A program made the position numbers and the translations under genes. Below, in pieces: positions 61,901-64,000 of a DNA stretch of 64,000 nt (its first letter is position 1; every line of letters begins with the position of its first letter). The notes beneath the pieces are model-generated. The model saw only the letters and a program-made list of their open reading frames with translations. It had not been told where the DNA came from and ran no database searches. The DNA lies in the NCBI GenBank assembly GCA_013239625.1, contig MU053823.1:627565-691564 (forward strand). The letters run 5' to 3'. This DNA is from Lama guanicoe. Taxonomy: Eukaryota.

Positions 61901-63476
61901 CAAGGCAGGGATTGTGTCAGATTTTATCTATTGATCCTCAAGCCCATTCCCCTTCTTCCTTATTATCTTTTAGAAGCCTGGGGGCTACATTTCCTAGACT
62001 TTCCCTCCAGCGAGGTCTGAATAGGCTCTACCCAAGGGCACTTTCATGTTTATTGGGAAGTGAAAAGGGAGTCATTGCTTTCGATACTGGAACTTGTGCA
62101 CAGAGACTGCAAGGGTTTTTTAGAACATTAAATAGGATAAACATTCAAAATATTAAAATATAAAATAGAGGGAGAGTGAAAGGGAAATCAATGGCAGACA
62201 ACTGTGGTCAGCTCTTGAAACAGAAATGGCAGGTGTGTCCTTGGTCGCAGCTGGGGACTGTGGGCTCTAGCAAGATTGCAGGTGTCAGCCACATCCCCAG
62301 CCCTGTGATAATTTCTCTTCCAACTTTAGGGGAGTAGCTACCTGCAATTATGTTATCTGCTCCCCTTTTAATCTTCTAGTCCTTCTAACACTGTTATAAC
62401 CGAGTCCTTGCGGTAAACACCCTGTCTAAAGTACCTACAGTGGTTTCTGTTCTCCTGGCTGGTCAATGACTGACTGGGGGAACAGTCACTGTACTGACTC
62501 TATAGGACCGTTAGGAGTAAATAAGTTAATACACATAAAGCACTTAAAACAATACTGGCACATAGGCATTCAACAGATGTTAGCAATTATTATGTCAAAA
62601 AATGAATGTGCCTTCCAGTTGTCTATTATAGCAAAACTGTTTTCCCACCTTGGACATGTAAATAATTTCCACAATGTCCCCTTCTCATTTGTTAAGTCAC
62701 ATCCCTTCTGTCAAATCAAATCCTAACCCATAGTCCTCAAGGATGGAGATGAGACAAACTCTCTACTCCCTGTGGTTTAGCCACCTAGTCATACACACAG
62801 TTATAGTAAAACCAAGTAGGAGCACAAGTTGAAGAACAAAGTTGCCCAGAAATTAAAATAATTCCGTTGAAAGACAAACAAAACAAAACAAAACAAAACC
62901 TGTTAATCCCATCACCATCAAAAATATCTATGCACTGATGCCTGGATCTTGAAAGAAACCAGCCAAATTTGGCATGATGAATCATTCAAATCTGAGTGGC
63001 TTAAAGAAAAGTTAGCAAATGTTGCTTCTTCTATTGATTTACAGATTATTGATTTTCTATTATAGTACGTATCCAGGGCAGCCAAGGAAGGGAGATTGGA
63101 GGGGAAGTAAACTGAGTGTTTCATGAACACCCTTCGTGACTTTAGTTCCGTAAAACTTAAAATGAACAAAGGACAAGGCTTCAGTCTGTGTTCATCTAAT
63201 CAAATGAGAAGCCATAGGGACTTTTTTGTGGGGGACAGGATTCACGGCTACTGAGAGATAGATGGTTCTCACAAATGTAGGTCTAAATAACTTTCTGAGT
63301 AAATTTTGATGGATTTTTTAGGTTAGCTATCTTATTTGTTCAGTATTTAGAAAATGTCTTCTCCATTTCCTTTCTCCTTTGCCTTTTCTTCCCCATTTCA
63401 TTTCCACTAGAATAGGGGCAAAGAAGGTGGCATGACGTAATGGTACTCGGTTGGAAAACTACCCAGTTTTTCTTTC

Positions 63477-64000
63477 TGTGTAGAGAAACCCGCAGGTCCC
63501 CATTTCCTGTCTCCATTTACTTTCCCACAGCTGACACTTCACTTTGACACTTCTGGTCACCAAATGTGTGTTTGTTTGTTTGTTTGTTTTTCCCCATCAT
63601 ACAATTCTGTGATGCCAAGTGGGTGTTCCACAATTTAACTGAGTCCTGACACTGTCTACCTGGAGACAGCATTGCATCCCACAGGTTAAAGGTGAGTGCC
63701 ACAAAACTGCTGCTCAGCTCAGGTGCCAATCTCAAGCAGTAGGTAGATCCCCAGGTCACCCACCACTTCTGTCTGTCTTGGCTACAAATCTGAGGTCCCA
63801 GGACTTCCTTCCCCTGGGATGTGATTATTTCCTAGAGTGGCTTATAGACTCAGGGAAATGCTCATTAAGTTCACTGGTTTATTAAAGGATATGATAAAGG
63901 ACACAGATGAACAGTCAGGTGAAGAGATACATGGGGCGAGGTCTGGAGGGTCCTGAGTGCAGGAGCTTCTGTCTCAGCGGAGTTGGGGTGTGTCACCCTC
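63477..64000 (-). mobile_element. MER21-family LTR (runs off the window)
   Basis: gacacttctggtcaccaaatgtgtg..cccacaggttaa..tttattaaaggatatgataaaggacacagatgaacag. Confidence 0.75.

Noticed and set aside
1..64000. Prokaryote-type systems (CRISPR arrays, operons, rRNA)
   Set aside because: The sequence is spliced mammalian DNA with no regularly spaced repeat-spacer arrays or rRNA-like segments

Overview
Mammalian genomic DNA, most likely camelid, judging by the tRNA-Ala-derived vic-1-type SINEs. It corresponds to the conserved SLC2A3-FOXJ2-C3AR1-NECAP1 block. The window holds a complete 11-exon FOXJ2 on the + strand (non-coding exon 1 to 32070; CDS 37965-47911, 564 codons; poly(A) signal at 50523). 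As assembled, FOXJ2 has an in-frame TGA in exon 7 (codon 362), which may be a consensus error. A complete 2-exon C3AR1 lies convergently on the - strand (CDS 53107-54561, 484 aa). The 30 kb upstream of FOXJ2 contains two RPL23A retrocopies, one ACYP1 retrocopy and three orphan CpG/promoter-like islands. It also has three N gaps, one flanked by a probably false 705-bp duplication. The most intriguing stretch is about 540-8130 on the - strand: a promoter, a chain of splice-bounded exon-like segments with decayed reading frames, and a poly(A) signal, suggesting an unannotated decayed multi-exon gene. All identifications were made by eye and from recalled protein and repeat consensus sequences; no searches were run.
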